This document shows positions 47,831-60,442 of a DNA stretch of 64,000 nt, in pieces. Location of the stretch: contig CM060731.1 in the NCBI GenBank assembly GCA_030704615.1, positions 70,246,001 to 70,310,000 on the forward strand, read 5' to 3'. Below the pieces are notes generated by a model. It saw nothing but the letters and a program-made list of their open reading frames with translations, was not told the origin of the DNA and searched no databases. This DNA is from Takakia lepidozioides (taxonomy: Eukaryota; Plantae; Bryophyta). The translations under genes were made by a program, and so were the position numbers. Position 1 is the stretch's first letter, and every line of letters starts with the position of its first letter.

Positions 47831-48950
47831 CATTCGCTATAGTGAATTTTGGTGAAAATCTTCGTTCGTCCCAGCTGGTCGAGAAGCCCAGAAATCAATG
47901 GATAACGATTCTTAATTGTGACTTTGTTGAGACTGCGACAGTCTACACACATGCGTAATGATCCGTCCTTCTTCTTCACAAACAAGATATGCGTCCCCGC
48001 ATGTGATTTTGAATGTCGGATGAAGTTCTTCGACAAATTTTCATCAATGTATTCACGTAATGCAGCCAACTCTATCTGGGATAAGTTATAGATTGGGCCG
48101 AATGGTGGTTGGGCTCATTCTTGTAACTCAATTGCACAATCATAAGGTCGATGTTTTGGCAATATGTCTGCATTTTTCTTCTCGAAGACATCCTTGCAAT
48201 CTTGATATTGATTGGGTAATGTTGAAGTACATTTGTCTGTTGTGGTCTTGATCGGAGTTGCATAAAGTGCAAATGCCGCATCTTTTTTAATAGCTCTCAT
48301 GAAAGCTCTAGCTCCAAGGAACATGGGTTGAATACCTTTTATATTTCTACATTTTTGTCTTGCAGAATTTATTTGCGATCGCCAGTCGATATCAAGATGA
48401 AGTACAAACCAGGGTTGTTGAAGATTTCGCATCTTTGTCTCTGGAACTCTTTCTCTATCATTCTCTCCAAATGTTGCAGTGAACTCGGACATGAACGCTT
48501 CAAAATTGTATAGTAAATGCGAATTTTTTTTCCAATAGCGGTGCAAACCAAGATAGGGCAGTGCCTGATAGAAGGGCCTACGAATCCCACTTGAATACCT
48601 TCAGTGGGGTAGCGTTATGGATGTAGTCGTAGGAATAATCGTACTTGTTGAACAAAACCGTGAAATCTTGACCTCGTCTCATTAAATTTCTTGAGCAGGC
48701 ATGTTGAAGTAATCTGTTGAAGATGAACCGTTGCAGTAGGAGCTGTTGCAGTAAGGGCTCGTATGGTTGTAGATCCATTGTTCGATTCCTTTAACTCTGA
48801 AATTTGTTGTTGCAAATTGTGGAGAGCGTTGCCAAGATCTTGAGACTGATCAGCTTGTAATTGGGCGGTAGAGGTACGAAGTTCTTGCATCTGGAGTTGA
48901 AGATTCTGCAAGGTGGCGACCATTTCCGCAAATGTGCCTTCCATCTCGAC
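47830..48950 (-). mobile_element. Tcn1/Tf1-like chromovirus (Ty3/Gypsy) gag-pol, internally deleted
   Basis: Gag KFNETRSRFHGFVQQVRLFLRLHP. RT start DVFEKKNADILPKHRPYDCAIEL and [51 protein letters not shown]. Confidence 0.88.
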
Positions 48951-48982
48951 TAACTAAAGAACAAACTTTAGTCTCGCCAAAC

Positions 48983-49304
48983 TGTCAAGGTCGAGAATAT
49001 GACTGAACACAAATAAGAGATCAAACTAGAGGTACAAGACTAGACAAGAAGTCGGTCGGCGTGGCTGAATGCATGATGGGTAAATGTGAATCAAGATGAT
49101 CTTTATAACAATGGACAAGAATACAAGATACTGGAACTCGACTTGAATACTGGAATGCACTAGTAGAAAATCCGGCTTTTACGTCTGCTATTTTCCAGTC
49201 GTATCAGCCTTTTATGATTGCATGACTGCCCAGTCAGATAAACCCAGTCAGTTGTGAATAATGAGTCGTATTTGCCAGTCGTGGAGCTCACTGTTAACGT
49301 GACA
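48983..49304 (-). mobile_element. 5' LTR of the Tcn1-like element, followed by a non-tRNA PBS (TTGGCGAGACT, 48970-48980)
   Basis: TGTCA...TGACA termini, TATA-like TATAAAG near 49105, directly upstream of the gag ATG at 48944. The outer boundary could extend toward ~49680. Confidence 0.65.
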
Positions 49305-49849
49305 ACGGGGACGCCTAATCATAGTCATTGATAAGACCGTAGTAAATGACTGCGAATCCATGTCAGCTTCACGTGGAACGGAAGGGATATGCCACGTGTC
49401 ACGTCAAATGGAAGGCGGCAAGGTCTTTACGACTGGCATATATGACTTCCGCAGATTAACCTCAGGACAACACGTGGAGAAGACTGGACATGACACGTGG
49501 AATCAGATTATGCAAGATGGGGGTTGTTGTTATGACTGGAGCATATGACTTCCATGGCACACTCTAGATACTGCACGTGGCACGAGTATGGGCGAACACG
49601 AGGGATGAAAGTGGCACGTGGCGGAGGCTCTGTGGATGGGAGGTAGTCGTGTACATGACCGTAGTCATGGGCCTAACTCTAGCAGCATTGAAACATGAAA
49701 TCACATTTGAAATTGGAACATCAATTCAAATACAACGTGACTTAATGTTCAAAGATCCGTTCCATAATCAAATCCGGTGCTGCTACAAAAATGCACAAAG
49801 CTGCAAAGTCTATGTAGACTTCCAAATGCCTGAGCAGAAGATGCATACA

Positions 49850-52800
49850 CTAACATCTCTCGAACTTCAGCAATCCACTACCTTCATTAGCACTGTCTGA
49901 TTTTATCAATTGTGCCGCTGCTGCTGCGGCTTCCAGTTGACTATCTACCCATGCAGGTTTCTTCTAGCTATCATTCCACAATGAATCATAGGTAATCTGG
50001 AGCTTGAAAATCCGGCCCTCTTGGATGAATCTGCGCCCACACTCTATCCCTGCTCCTTCAGCTATCCATGCCTATGAGGGTATTGTTCAAAATCACATCT
50101 GGTACAATTCCAGTTTTGATGATGCAACCATGTACCTCTTTGCATGTGTTTTTCAGGGCTGCCAGGCTTGCACACGCACTGCAAACGCATACAAACATGA
50201 TGTGGTTGAGCTTCATCCCTTCCCCCATCATTTGCTTTCAGGTCTCCAAAGCCCCATCCCGCGCTCCTGCTCTGCACGCCCTCACCACAAGGGCATATTT
50301 CAGAACGACATCAATTCAATTCCAGCTTGGACGATGTCACCACGAACCCTGTCTTCACTCATTGCCTACTCTAGTTAAGTGTAATTATGGCCTAGGCTGA
50401 TACCACATCTCATTCAGCCATATTGTCAAACTGCATGCCATTTGTATCCTTGTAGTTGTACCCAAACTTGGCATACATGTCCACTATGGCAACATTCAGA
50501 ATCACATCAGATACAATACTAGCTTTGACGATATTACTGTGGAACTCTGCACCATTTTTCAAGGCTGCCAGGCTTGCATTTGACATACATATCCACCAAG
50601 GCAATGTTTAGAGACATCTAGTGGTACAATTCCAGCTTTGACAATGACACCATGGACCGTTGCGTCCTTTCCAGGGCTACCAGGCTCGTATTTGACATAC
50701 ATGTACACCCAGGGTGTTCAGAATGACATCAGGTACAATTCCAGCTTTGATGATGTCACCATGAACCTCTTGGCCCCTTCCTAGGGCTTCTAGGCTCGCA
50801 TATGCATATTACAAACACAAATGAACATGACCTGGTCTGGCTTCATCCTTTCCCACATCATTTGCTCTTAGGTTTCCAAAGCCTAAGCCCACACCCATGC
50901 TGCACATACCTTGCAATCATGGCACTCCACAACACCACATCTCATTTAGCCATGTTGTCGAACTCTCCCTTCGCATCAGGCTTGCTGCACCCACATTTGG
51001 CATACATGTCCACCAGGGCAGTGTTCAGAATGACAACTAGTACAATTTCAGCTTTGTCGATGGCAAATGGCCAAGAGTTATCCCAATATCCCGCTACCAA
51101 TGAGTTCAATGCATATCCTTGTCACATTGGCAGTATCATGTCAAAGTCACTCCCAACTACATTCACTCAACAGCTAACTTGCAGAATTCAACATGAAAAT
51201 TGAGGGCCGCTTCTAATAAGAGGGGAAAACATGATGAAATGTATTGAAGAAGGTGCCTTCATTAGCAGTGCCTGATTTTATCAATTGTGCCGCTGCTGCT
51301 GCGGCTTCCAGTTGACCATCTATCCATGCAGGTTTCTTGTATCTATCCTTCCACAGGGAATCATAAGTAATGTGGAGCTTGAAATCCGGGCCTCTTGGAT
51401 GAATCTGGACACACACTCTATCCCTGCTCCTTCAGCTCTCTATGACACTGCAAAAAACAAGCATACATCTTTGCCTTCCTGCTAGCAGCTGACAATGACA
51501 GCCTAGAATTGTTCTAGCAAACACCCCCAACCCTACTTATCAACGAGCAACGAGGTAACTTACAGCATTCAATATGCATCTCAGGGCCAAGTCTAGTGAG
51601 AGGGCAAAACAAGCTGAAATAGGTCGAAGAAGAAGGTGCCCAGGTTTCTTGTAGCTCTGATCCACTGGGAATCATAGGTAATCTTGTGCTTGATATCTTG
51701 CCCTATTGGATGAATCTGGACCCACACTCTATCCTTGCTCCTTCAACTATCCCAGCCTCTGCACACATCACGCATACATCCTCGCCTTGCTTCGAACGAC
51801 TGACAATGACGGCCTAGATTTGTTCTAGCAAACACCCCAACCCTACTCATAACACACTAGTTCCTATGCTGAATGGCGTCTACTTCTCTCTGGATTGTTA
51901 CAGGCATTCACCTTTTTTCCTCGATCGTCCCACCATTGACTGGGGTCGAAAAAATATTCCTTCCACAACTTCTCCTCATCCCTATATGTTCTTGGATACT
52001 TTCCTGTTGCCACATTGGCAGTCACATGCCAAAAAAATTTAGACCGCCATAGATCAACCCAACAAACTAACTTGTAGAATTCAACATGGAAATCAAGGTC
52101 GACTCTGATAAGAGGGCAAAACAGGCTGAAATGTGCTGAAGAATGATCCGTTACCACTTTGTCCTTGACCTCGTGTCATGGCAGCTAGCTTTTCTTTCAA
52201 CCATGGAGGATTCAACCGACCATCAACCCAAAAGGACCTCCTATGTGTGCTGTTTGTGTCTGTAGTCAGGTGAACTTGGATGGGTCTGCGAGAAAAACCA
52301 CCACGGTCCAGCTGAGCAGCCATAGATTTAAACTCAGGCTCCTAAGACCAACCTGACCCTCCCAAGGACTTGTCAACAACAGGAAATATACCAAATCATG
52401 ATACTAACAGTAAGAACCGGCCACATTTGCAGGATGGACAAATTTCTCTGCATTGTACATTAAGAAAGTCACACCTTGCAATTGCTTTTGTCCCACCATT
52501 GATGAGGATCTTTAGAAAACTTGTGCCAGCTCTGCTCCATGCTCTACAGTAGACCTTTGTGCCCAAAATTCGACAACATCAATATTTTGACAAATTCCCT
52601 TCTGTAGGAGTCCTAGTGCTCTTTCAACAACATTCATTGCAAGTCACTTTGGGCTCCATTAGATTCTACACAATGAGGAACATTGGAACATGTCCAAATA
52701 TACACAATAAGCCTATGTCTGTAGTCTATAGATCTTGGAGTGGTCTATGAAAACGACCAGGGAGCAGCTGAGGAGCTGCAGTCTCAACCCTCCCAAGTAC

Positions 52801-53150
52801 CTTGCAAACTCAAGGGAAAACACCTTGCGCATCCTACTTTCATGCCCTGCTCAACAAGGACAACCTCGATACGGACAGTAAAAGCAGTTTTCCTAGAGCA
52901 CAGCGAGATTCTGACTTCACTCAACAACAATATGATCCAGTCCACACCATACAACCATACCAGAGTTTTCCTCAAGCTCCCTTTCTCATCCTACATGAAG
53001 AAAGCTCACCTTGTCAAGGCTACTATTCCACCATTGTAAAGTATCTTTAAAGAACTGCTGCCAGCGTTGTTCCATGCTCCAGCGTTGACCTACACGCCAG
53101 ATATACCAATTATCGGCCTTGCCTAACGACCCGTGCGCTTTCTTGCATCT
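49850..53150 (-). pseudogene. decayed gene with three OSB-type PDF motifs, interleaved with PLS-class PPR fragments
   Basis: First half-motifs MEQRWQQFFKDTLQWWNSSLDK|GT (53010-53075), MEQSWHKFSKDPHQWWDKSNCK|GT (52475-52540) and EEKLWKEYFFDPSQWWDDRGKK|GT (51912-51980). Second halves after AG: TTPRSIDYRHR (52744), THPSSPDYRHK..WVDGRLNPPWL (52285) and IHPRGPDFK..ITYDSLW..KPAWIDGQL-type exons (51715, 51404, 50030). Many stops and frameshifts. Confidence 0.8.
50065..51065 (-). pseudogene. PLS-class pentatricopeptide repeat fragments
   Basis: ILNTALVDMYAKCG...FDNMAK*DVVLWSAMIARYVQHG..ALE..EQMM.ERMKPDQVMFICV..A.ASL.AL..GQEVHGDIIKAGIVPDVILN. The L/S segment is locally repeated about five times. Confidence 0.9.
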
Positions 53151-53644
53151 TTGCGCTGAGTACATTTGTTTCTACTGAATTGCGCAAAAGACAATTCCGA
53201 GCCTGGATCCGACTGCGCATACAAACACAAAAAAAGAAACCGCGAAGTGTTTCGTGTAATCACCTAATTTGAATGGCATCCCTGAAGGCACCAATGGGTT
53301 CAAAAGAAGAGACCATAGGATTTTTCTTGCAGAGAGCTAACAAAAAGGCAGATGTAACAAGTTCAATGTCACACAAATCAGCAACCCAACTCCTTTACTG
53401 AAACCAAGACGAGCAAACCTGCTTCCGACTTCAGTGAGAGAAAACAGGGGCAAACAAAGCAAAATTCACACATTTGCACAAGGCATACGCTCCTGCACAC
53501 CCACTCCATACGCAAGGCCTTGTCCTCTCGCTGGCTCATACGAGAGGCCTCGCATCATGCCGAGCTGGAAATGATTTCGCACAGGACGGATTTCTTCGTG
53601 CCCCGATTCTAGGGTTTGAGTCCCTGTCTGCCCCCTATCCCACC

Positions 53645-53815
53645 AGCTCCGCTCGTCGTCTCTCATGATCAGACTCGACCCTAAAACAAAACAAACATAG
53701 CTCCGCCCTGTTCGACGTCTCTCATGATCAGACTCGACACTAAAAGAAAGCAAACACAGCTCCGTCCTGATTGGCGTCTCTCACAATCAAACTCGACACA
53801 AAGAAAACAAACAGA
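53645..53815. repeat. tandem repeat, 3 x ~54-59 bp
   Basis: AGCTCCG...CGTCTCTCATGATCAGACTCGAC.CTAAAA.AAA.CAAACA units start at 53645, 53699 and 53758. Confidence 0.85.
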
Positions 53816-55029
53816 TGGTAGGGGAGACAAAAAAACGCTAAGTCCCCTCTACTCATGACTGGATGGATGAGAAGACATTACCTTTATCATGGTAATTCCA
53901 CTGTGGAGCGATTGAGTTAAGATTCTAAGATCGTTATTTTTCAGATATGAGCCAGGCATGAGTCCAGGGAATTCTTAGGGAACCAGGGAACAGGGAACCA
54001 AGACAAGTTATTGAAAATAGATTTTCCCTTGTATTTGTTTATTTTTTAAATGGTGTTATGTTTAAAGAGCTTGGTTGGTCATATCTTTGTCAAATGAGCT
54101 CCGTTTGACGCAGTTTTTGGGGGGATAGCTGCAGAAAGGGGAAATCTACTTACCCAAACCTGTTTTAGTTTTTTGGACTTGACCAAAAATCTATAGAATT
54201 TTTCTAATGTAAATTAGATCCTCGATAGATGGATGGATTTTGAGTTTTCCATCAATACATCCATCCATTCATTTGTTTTTCCATTTTTTGGCCATTTTAA
54301 TTTCATCCATTTATCCAAAATAAATCTTTAAATGAGTTTCACTGTCAGTTCATCCAATTGCTGTCAGCTCAGCGTTTGCATTATCATTCGTTCATACGTT
54401 CATCCAGTGCACAAAAGTTATGTTTGATACGTTCATCCTATAGTTGCCAGCAAGGCATTTGTGTATCATTCGTTGAGATAATACAGTTGTTTTGTTTCAC
54501 TAACCTTAACCAACAGTCGATTAGTTTTATTGTTAATCTGCTGGGTCAGTGAAATAATAGTTAAATATTTTTACTACTTATTATCCTCATATTTAACGCG
54601 ACCTAACAACCCTAAATTCGAGCACATTCATCCTAGTTCACTCATCCTAATTCATCATAATCATTCATTCATCCATTCATTCATTCACAGGGTGTGGCTT
54701 AGTGCCCGCGAGCAATGATATGTTGACACGTCGTCATTTGCAATCACATCCTGCATATGTTTCATCCATTTATGTTTGCATCGTCCACGTAGACACTCCT
54801 CGGGCAACCGACAATCGCCATGTGCAGTTGTGAATACTGGCAGTGATACATTCCCATGCCCATGTCATCCTGTTGCAGTTTTGGCCATGACTCCTAGTTG
54901 TATCTACCATCTTCCCCTATCTGGTCAATCACGTTTGACCGCAGATCCTGATGTGGCGGAGGTACAAGGTGACATATACGATTTCTGCTGGTCACAAATG
55001 ACAACCAGGACTGCCCTCTTGCATTTTGT

Positions 55030-55598
55030 AGACATATATGCTACGACTGGGCAAATGTAGCAGACGTTAAAGCCGGAATCTGTTGTAGTGATGCTGGAAA
55101 CTGGACTAGAGTGCCAGATACTGGAAACTAGGCTAGAGTACTGGAAGCTGAATTGGAGTACTGGGACTGGAAACAAGAATAGCTTGAACTTGTGTTGGCG
55201 AGACTGAAGATCGTCCAGTCTCGCCTCTTATATATATTGGCTACTAGGAAGTTCTCTAAGAAGCTTCCCCAATGAAGATTTCTTGATTAAGAAGTTTCTA
55301 AGGTTAAACAAATGTTTCTTGATGGGGAAGTTTCCTTAAACAAAGGTTTCTTGATGGAGAAGTTTCCTTAAACAAATGAGGTATCTTGATAGAGAAGTTT
55401 CCTCCAAAAGAAACTTCCTGAGCAGTTTCCCAAGTTACTATCGATAATTTGGTAAACTCCTGATAATTTGGTAATTAATGGTAATTTATGATAAATCATG
55501 GTAGATCATGATAAATCATGGTAACTTTTGGTAACATGATAACTTGATAACTTCTGGTATTTACTCCTAATAAGTTCCTCTGGGCTATGTCCGTGACA
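55030..55598 (-). mobile_element. solo LTR of a Tcn1-like (self-priming) family
   Basis: Minus strand starts TGTCACGG (55598), with internal AAGTTTC and GATAA/GGTAA short repeats, TATATATAAG at ~55228-55237, and AGTCTCGCCAA ~30 nt downstream. The 3' boundary is uncertain. Confidence 0.6.
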
Positions 55599-57109
55599 CG
55601 TATGACGAATTCCGGTGGGCATTAATACCCTCGCCCTGAATCCCAGTCAGCTTCCGGGAACAAAATGTCGTTCTGCATAGACGGTTAACTCATTTTTAAA
55701 AATATTAAAATTTTATTTTTAAAAAAAAACTTATAGGAGCGACCGCCGTATTGGTGGTCGCTCACTGAAAATAAGGGTGTTTGTCGCTACATACACAACT
55801 TACTATTTTCAATAGTTGTTGCAGCATAGTACGATTTTAAGATTTATCTTACGAGTTTGAGCACCTCCTCTCAATAAGCATCTTCAACCCATATGTGATT
55901 TCCTCGAAGTCTCGGCCATAAAAATACTCTAATCTGTCATCCTTTTTTTATTCAAGAAGAAGTATTCTGGCATTACCCCACTCTGCAGCAGAAAGGGGAA
56001 GTTCCTTCAAAACCTATCTCCAATTACTTACAAGATGTTCAACTTCCTCCAACAAATTTTCAGTATCCATTAAGTAAAATTTGTCGCCAGGATATTTGTC
56101 CTCGAGAAACTTGTCGCCCACCTCAAGGGCTGCTAACACTCCAGCGAGAGAAAAGAAGGCAAGAAATATGGCAAAGAGGCTGTGAAGACTCGTTTTGAGC
56201 GCCAAGGCATATGCTTCCTCCTCACAAGACTCTCTTCAAGATCAAGGGGTGTGAAGTGGACAGAGCAGACGTAGCAATGAAAGGGGAATCACACGTAGAG
56301 GAAACACTGACGAGTTCTGACATAGCGAGGAAATCTGACACATCCACCTTCATACACTTCAAATACCCTTGTACACAAAGACCCCCAGCGGTCAGGGGGA
56401 GCTTAAACATGAAACCCTAGAAGGGCCAAGGCTTGCCGCGTGGTGAGGAGTAAGAGGCTTGCTACGCGACGCCTCATCTGCACCCTAGATTAAACGAGCG
56501 GCCTAGATCAAGCCAACAGGCTAGCTTAATCTTAACTTGCTTTATGATTGTAACGGAACCTGTCACCGCAAAAGCCGAAATTCAAATGCTAGAGCTCACT
56601 TGAACTTCTGAGCTGTTAATTATCTATGAATGTTCCTGATTCTGGTCTTTCTGATTGTTGACATGACAGTTCATGTGATCCATGCACTTTTGCTTCTGTT
56701 GATCTCGCTCCTGTGATTGCTAGGCTCTCATTTTGGATCTATAAATTAGATCCTCAGTTGTTATCCCTCTTCTTCATAGTTGTAGGTAGTTAAGGTGCTG
56801 GTAGCTGTACCTTATGGTTTGCTGCTGGATTAGCTTCAGCTCCCCTGAGCTTTTAGTAGGCTCTGGTTTTAATTAGGCTTTGAGTTAGACGACACCTTAG
56901 ACTTAAGTTCACTCTCTTATTAGGCCTAGCTTCATTTTCCCTTAAGCATGGCTTCCTCATTCATTGAGGGCTTTGTATGATAGATGCATAAAGCTTGCCC
57001 TTGTTGGCTGATCTGGGTGTTACCCAATCTTCAAAAGATATAAGCCTCATGGCCTCCTGTTCTGGTTCCTGTTCTGGTTATTCGTCCAGAATCTCTTCTT
57101 AATATGATG

Positions 57110-57770
57110 TACAGGGGAAGATAATAGGAATAATGTAAGAACGTAATGCACAGGAGCAACCTCTGACAGGATGGTAAGTCGGTCTCCGGCATGTCAAATC
57201 TTCCCCACCCTCTCTGGAGACTGACATGGAACTGAAGGAGTGTCAACTCCAGTCCGGGTTACACTGGGTTATATGACCAAGTGTGTAACTCCACTTGGGA
57301 ATACAGGGTTACACTACGAGATGTGTAACTCCACTCGGTGTAACTCACACTTTGGTCTCGAAATTTGACTGTCCAAATTTGGCTAAATATAAAACGGACT
57401 AACCAGAGTTACATGAGAAACCGGGGTTACAAAGGGTTATACCAATGGAGGGTTACATCGAGTGGGATTACACTACATGAGCCTCCCATCAAGAATGGAA
57501 CGCTGAATCATTCAGCACCACCTTCAATGCTATCAACTTATCATCACGCTACCCACCACAGCTTGCAACCCACTCCGATTCTTAAGTATTTAATAGTGAA
57601 ATCGAGGTAAGAGGGGGTGGGGAGGATTTGACAGCCACCGCGCCGGAGGAGCCCAGGCTGCCGGAATCCGGCGAAATAATCGTCAGATCACACGCATCCA
57701 TTAAGTTCTTACATTATTATTATTATTTATTTTTACATTATTCCTATTGTCTTTCAGGGCTTCCTCCCCT
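57110..57770. mobile_element. MITE/foldback-like element
   Basis: Imperfect inverted arms (ATAGGAATAATGTAAGAAC at ~57125 versus TTACATTATTCCTAT and GTTCTTACATTATT at ~57705-57748). Interior carries GTGTAACTCCA / GGGTTACAC motifs on both strands. Confidence 0.55.
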
Positions 57771-58839
57771 TTTTAAAAAAAAAAAACAAAAAAAAGGGAA
57801 ATATCACTCAATTTCAAGAAAATTTGAGAAAGTTATGAGTTATGAATGATGCGACCCGTTGTGAGTCCGTTCACGGTCCGTCATCACCCGTCACGATGAC
57901 GGACGTAAAAGTGATGGCGTCGTCAGCAGCAGAAAGTCGGTAGAGAGTAAGTAGAGAGAGACAGCGCGCGGTTTTCGCGCGGCGGCCATTTGGGCGTCAG
58001 TTACTGCAACTAACCGCCGCCTTCTTCGCCCCCCTATCCTCCTCTCTCTCTCTCTCTTGGAAGCATTCTTGTGAGAGCTTCAGTCTCCACTCTCTGTGGA
58101 GCTCTCCTTTTGGGTTACTATCCCTGGAGATGTGAAGTTGCAACGGAAAGTCCACTCTGATAGTGAGAGAGCGTGATGAAGGATTCTGTGCAGTAGTCTT
58201 TTAATCTCGCCATAATTAGCTCCCATGCTGCAAATTGGATTTTTTAGGCTTGCTGTTTCTAGATTCTCCGAACCCGAGCTGCTATGCTAGTGTATTCAGG
58301 ACTTCGCTAAGGTAGAGTTCAAGCTGAAGATTAGTAATGATCTGGGTTGTTAGAAAAATCTCGAATTTATGATAATCTGGAAATCTTTGGATTCTCTACC
58401 TAGGTCCAATGGTGGTTTCTGGGTATCACGATAGAAAGTACTCCCAGTAGAATTTTCTCAATGATCACTGCAGCAGCTGCTCAATAGATTACAGTTCTCG
58501 TGAAAGCTGCTGATCAGGCCTGAGTCCTTCTTTGGAAGCTCTTTAATTCCCTCTGTTTCCACCAGGCAATATCAATGTGTAGAAATTGCGTCTGAGAAGT
58601 GACATGTATAGCGTGTTTCTTGTCCCCATCTATTCATGGTTGAACTAGTAACTTCAGCTCTCCTCTACAGACGGACTCGCATGCAAAACATATCTGGTTT
58701 TCAAGGTTTTGTCCGGATGGGACCTGGGTCGACTGAGAAACTTGATTCCTGCCCTTGCCTGTGGCTATCTTGGTGATAACTATGACTGGAATTTCTAGTT
58801 GCTCGACCAGAAAAGTCTCAGCTTTCTAAGTGGGAGATC

Positions 58840-60442
58840 ATGGAGAAGAAAAAGGTTATAAAGTGGACGAGGAGGCCCAAGATTGATTATCAGAGACCCA
58901 AGCCTGATTATGCGCATCAGCGTCGGCAATGGTTGCGCAAGCCAACCCCCAGTGAAGAGTATCCCTATGACCCGCACCGCACCCAATGTTACTACGGTCA
59001 TCAGCATTCAAACGTGACCCAATGGCTGGAGAAGGTGACGCCCAGCCATGCTTTCAACCCTACCATCATGAATCAGGGAGTCCCCTTCTTCAACAGGAAG
59101 AGAACCTCAATAACTGCAATGCATGCCACCGTTGTCCCAGATAGACGACCGATCTCGGCCCCTGACCCATGGTATGGTAGGACAGCCACAGACATATCGG
59201 AACACCTACGCTTTATCCCCCCCGCGCATTACGGCAAAGCTTTGGACAAGCCCGTCCCTTACCACGGGAGTAAGTCGACTCTTGTCACCAATTGCCAACG
59301 CCAACCCAGGAATCCACCTTTGCCTTCTGTTATATATCACTGGTGGGAGGATCGCCCCAAAAGTGCCGGGCTGGCCGTGCCTCCACAGTATGTAAGTGCC
59401 ACCGATCTGTATGCAGCTCTGCCCCGCCGGACATCAAAGACTCCTCAACCCGTGATTCCTTTCTCCACCGCAGAGTTTGAAAGGCCTGCACCCAAGTCTA
59501 CAAGGTCCCCCAGGTAACAAGATCTAGATTTCAGAAAATTCATTTGGACAGATGATTACTGTTCCGAAACGGCTAGATTCCTTGTGCATTTATTTAGATA
59601 GTTCTGGACAACATTCCCACTTCAGTCAGTGTGCTAAATCGGTAATCGGTAGCTAGCTTAGATATGTTAGGCCCGAAGTATTGCATTTCTGTTCGGACCG
59701 AATTCATGTAGTGCAGTGTGTATATTTCAAATATACACCATCTAGACATACATGTGACTGAAAAAACTGCTGAGCTCGCTGAAACAGGAGAGTCTCCTTG
59801 GCGGGACCTGGCAGAAGAGGATAAGTTCAAGATTGGTTCATGAGGGTCTAGAAGTGCAGGAATGTATTGAAGGTAATGTGCATAAATGCGTGGTTTATGA
59901 TGATTTTCAGGTCCTCGGGAGGCACCCCAAGGTCAGTTCTGGATATCAGGGATGTCAAATCTATTGCCAGCTCTGCACGTTCTGGAGCTGTAACCCCAAG
60001 ATTACCTGTTTCAATCACTACCCAGAGACCTGTCACTGCCCCATCATCAATGCAAACCCCCAAATCGAGTCCGGGTGGGTCTTCTAAACCTGTAGAATCT
60101 CCACCCCTTACTCGGAAGGATGACTCGGCACACGGAAGCCCGCAGAGTGCAAGTTCTAAAGAGAAGTCCCTTCCTCCCAAATCCCCATCTGGTATGGCGT
60201 CGCCCCCTTCCCCTGCTGTTGCACAGTTGTCTCCCAAAACTCCCCCTCGTTCTGAATCTACCCAAACCAAAACTCCCCCCCCCATCAAACTACCCCCTTT
60301 GGACCCCACATTGGATGTGTATCGCCAGATAAGCCCGAACAGTGTGGCGACCAACAGTGTGTGGAGCGAAAGGCTTTATCCGAAGGAACGAGCCAAGGAT
60401 GGTACCAAGAGAAAATCCAGTAGAGGTGGGAGCGATCGATGA
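58840..60442 (+). CDS. uncharacterised basic Ser/Pro-rich protein, paralogue A (~401 aa, 2 coding exons)
   Basis: Exons 58840-59513 and 59911-60442 are joined in frame by a phase-2 GT-AG intron (CAG|GTAACA...TTTTCAG|G). A CT-rich leader lies near 58040. The internal block is conserved with paralogue B. Confidence 0.7.

Noticed and set aside
49850-51420. DYW or DYW:KP (U-to-C editing) deaminase domain suggested by KPAWI
   Set aside because: KPAWIDGQL is the end of the PDF motif. No HxE/CxxC deaminase motifs were seen.
55990-56420. Possible gene (ORFs 56014-56205 and 56222-56410)
   Set aside because: Short, broken frames with no recognisable domain; probably TE debris and not assignable.
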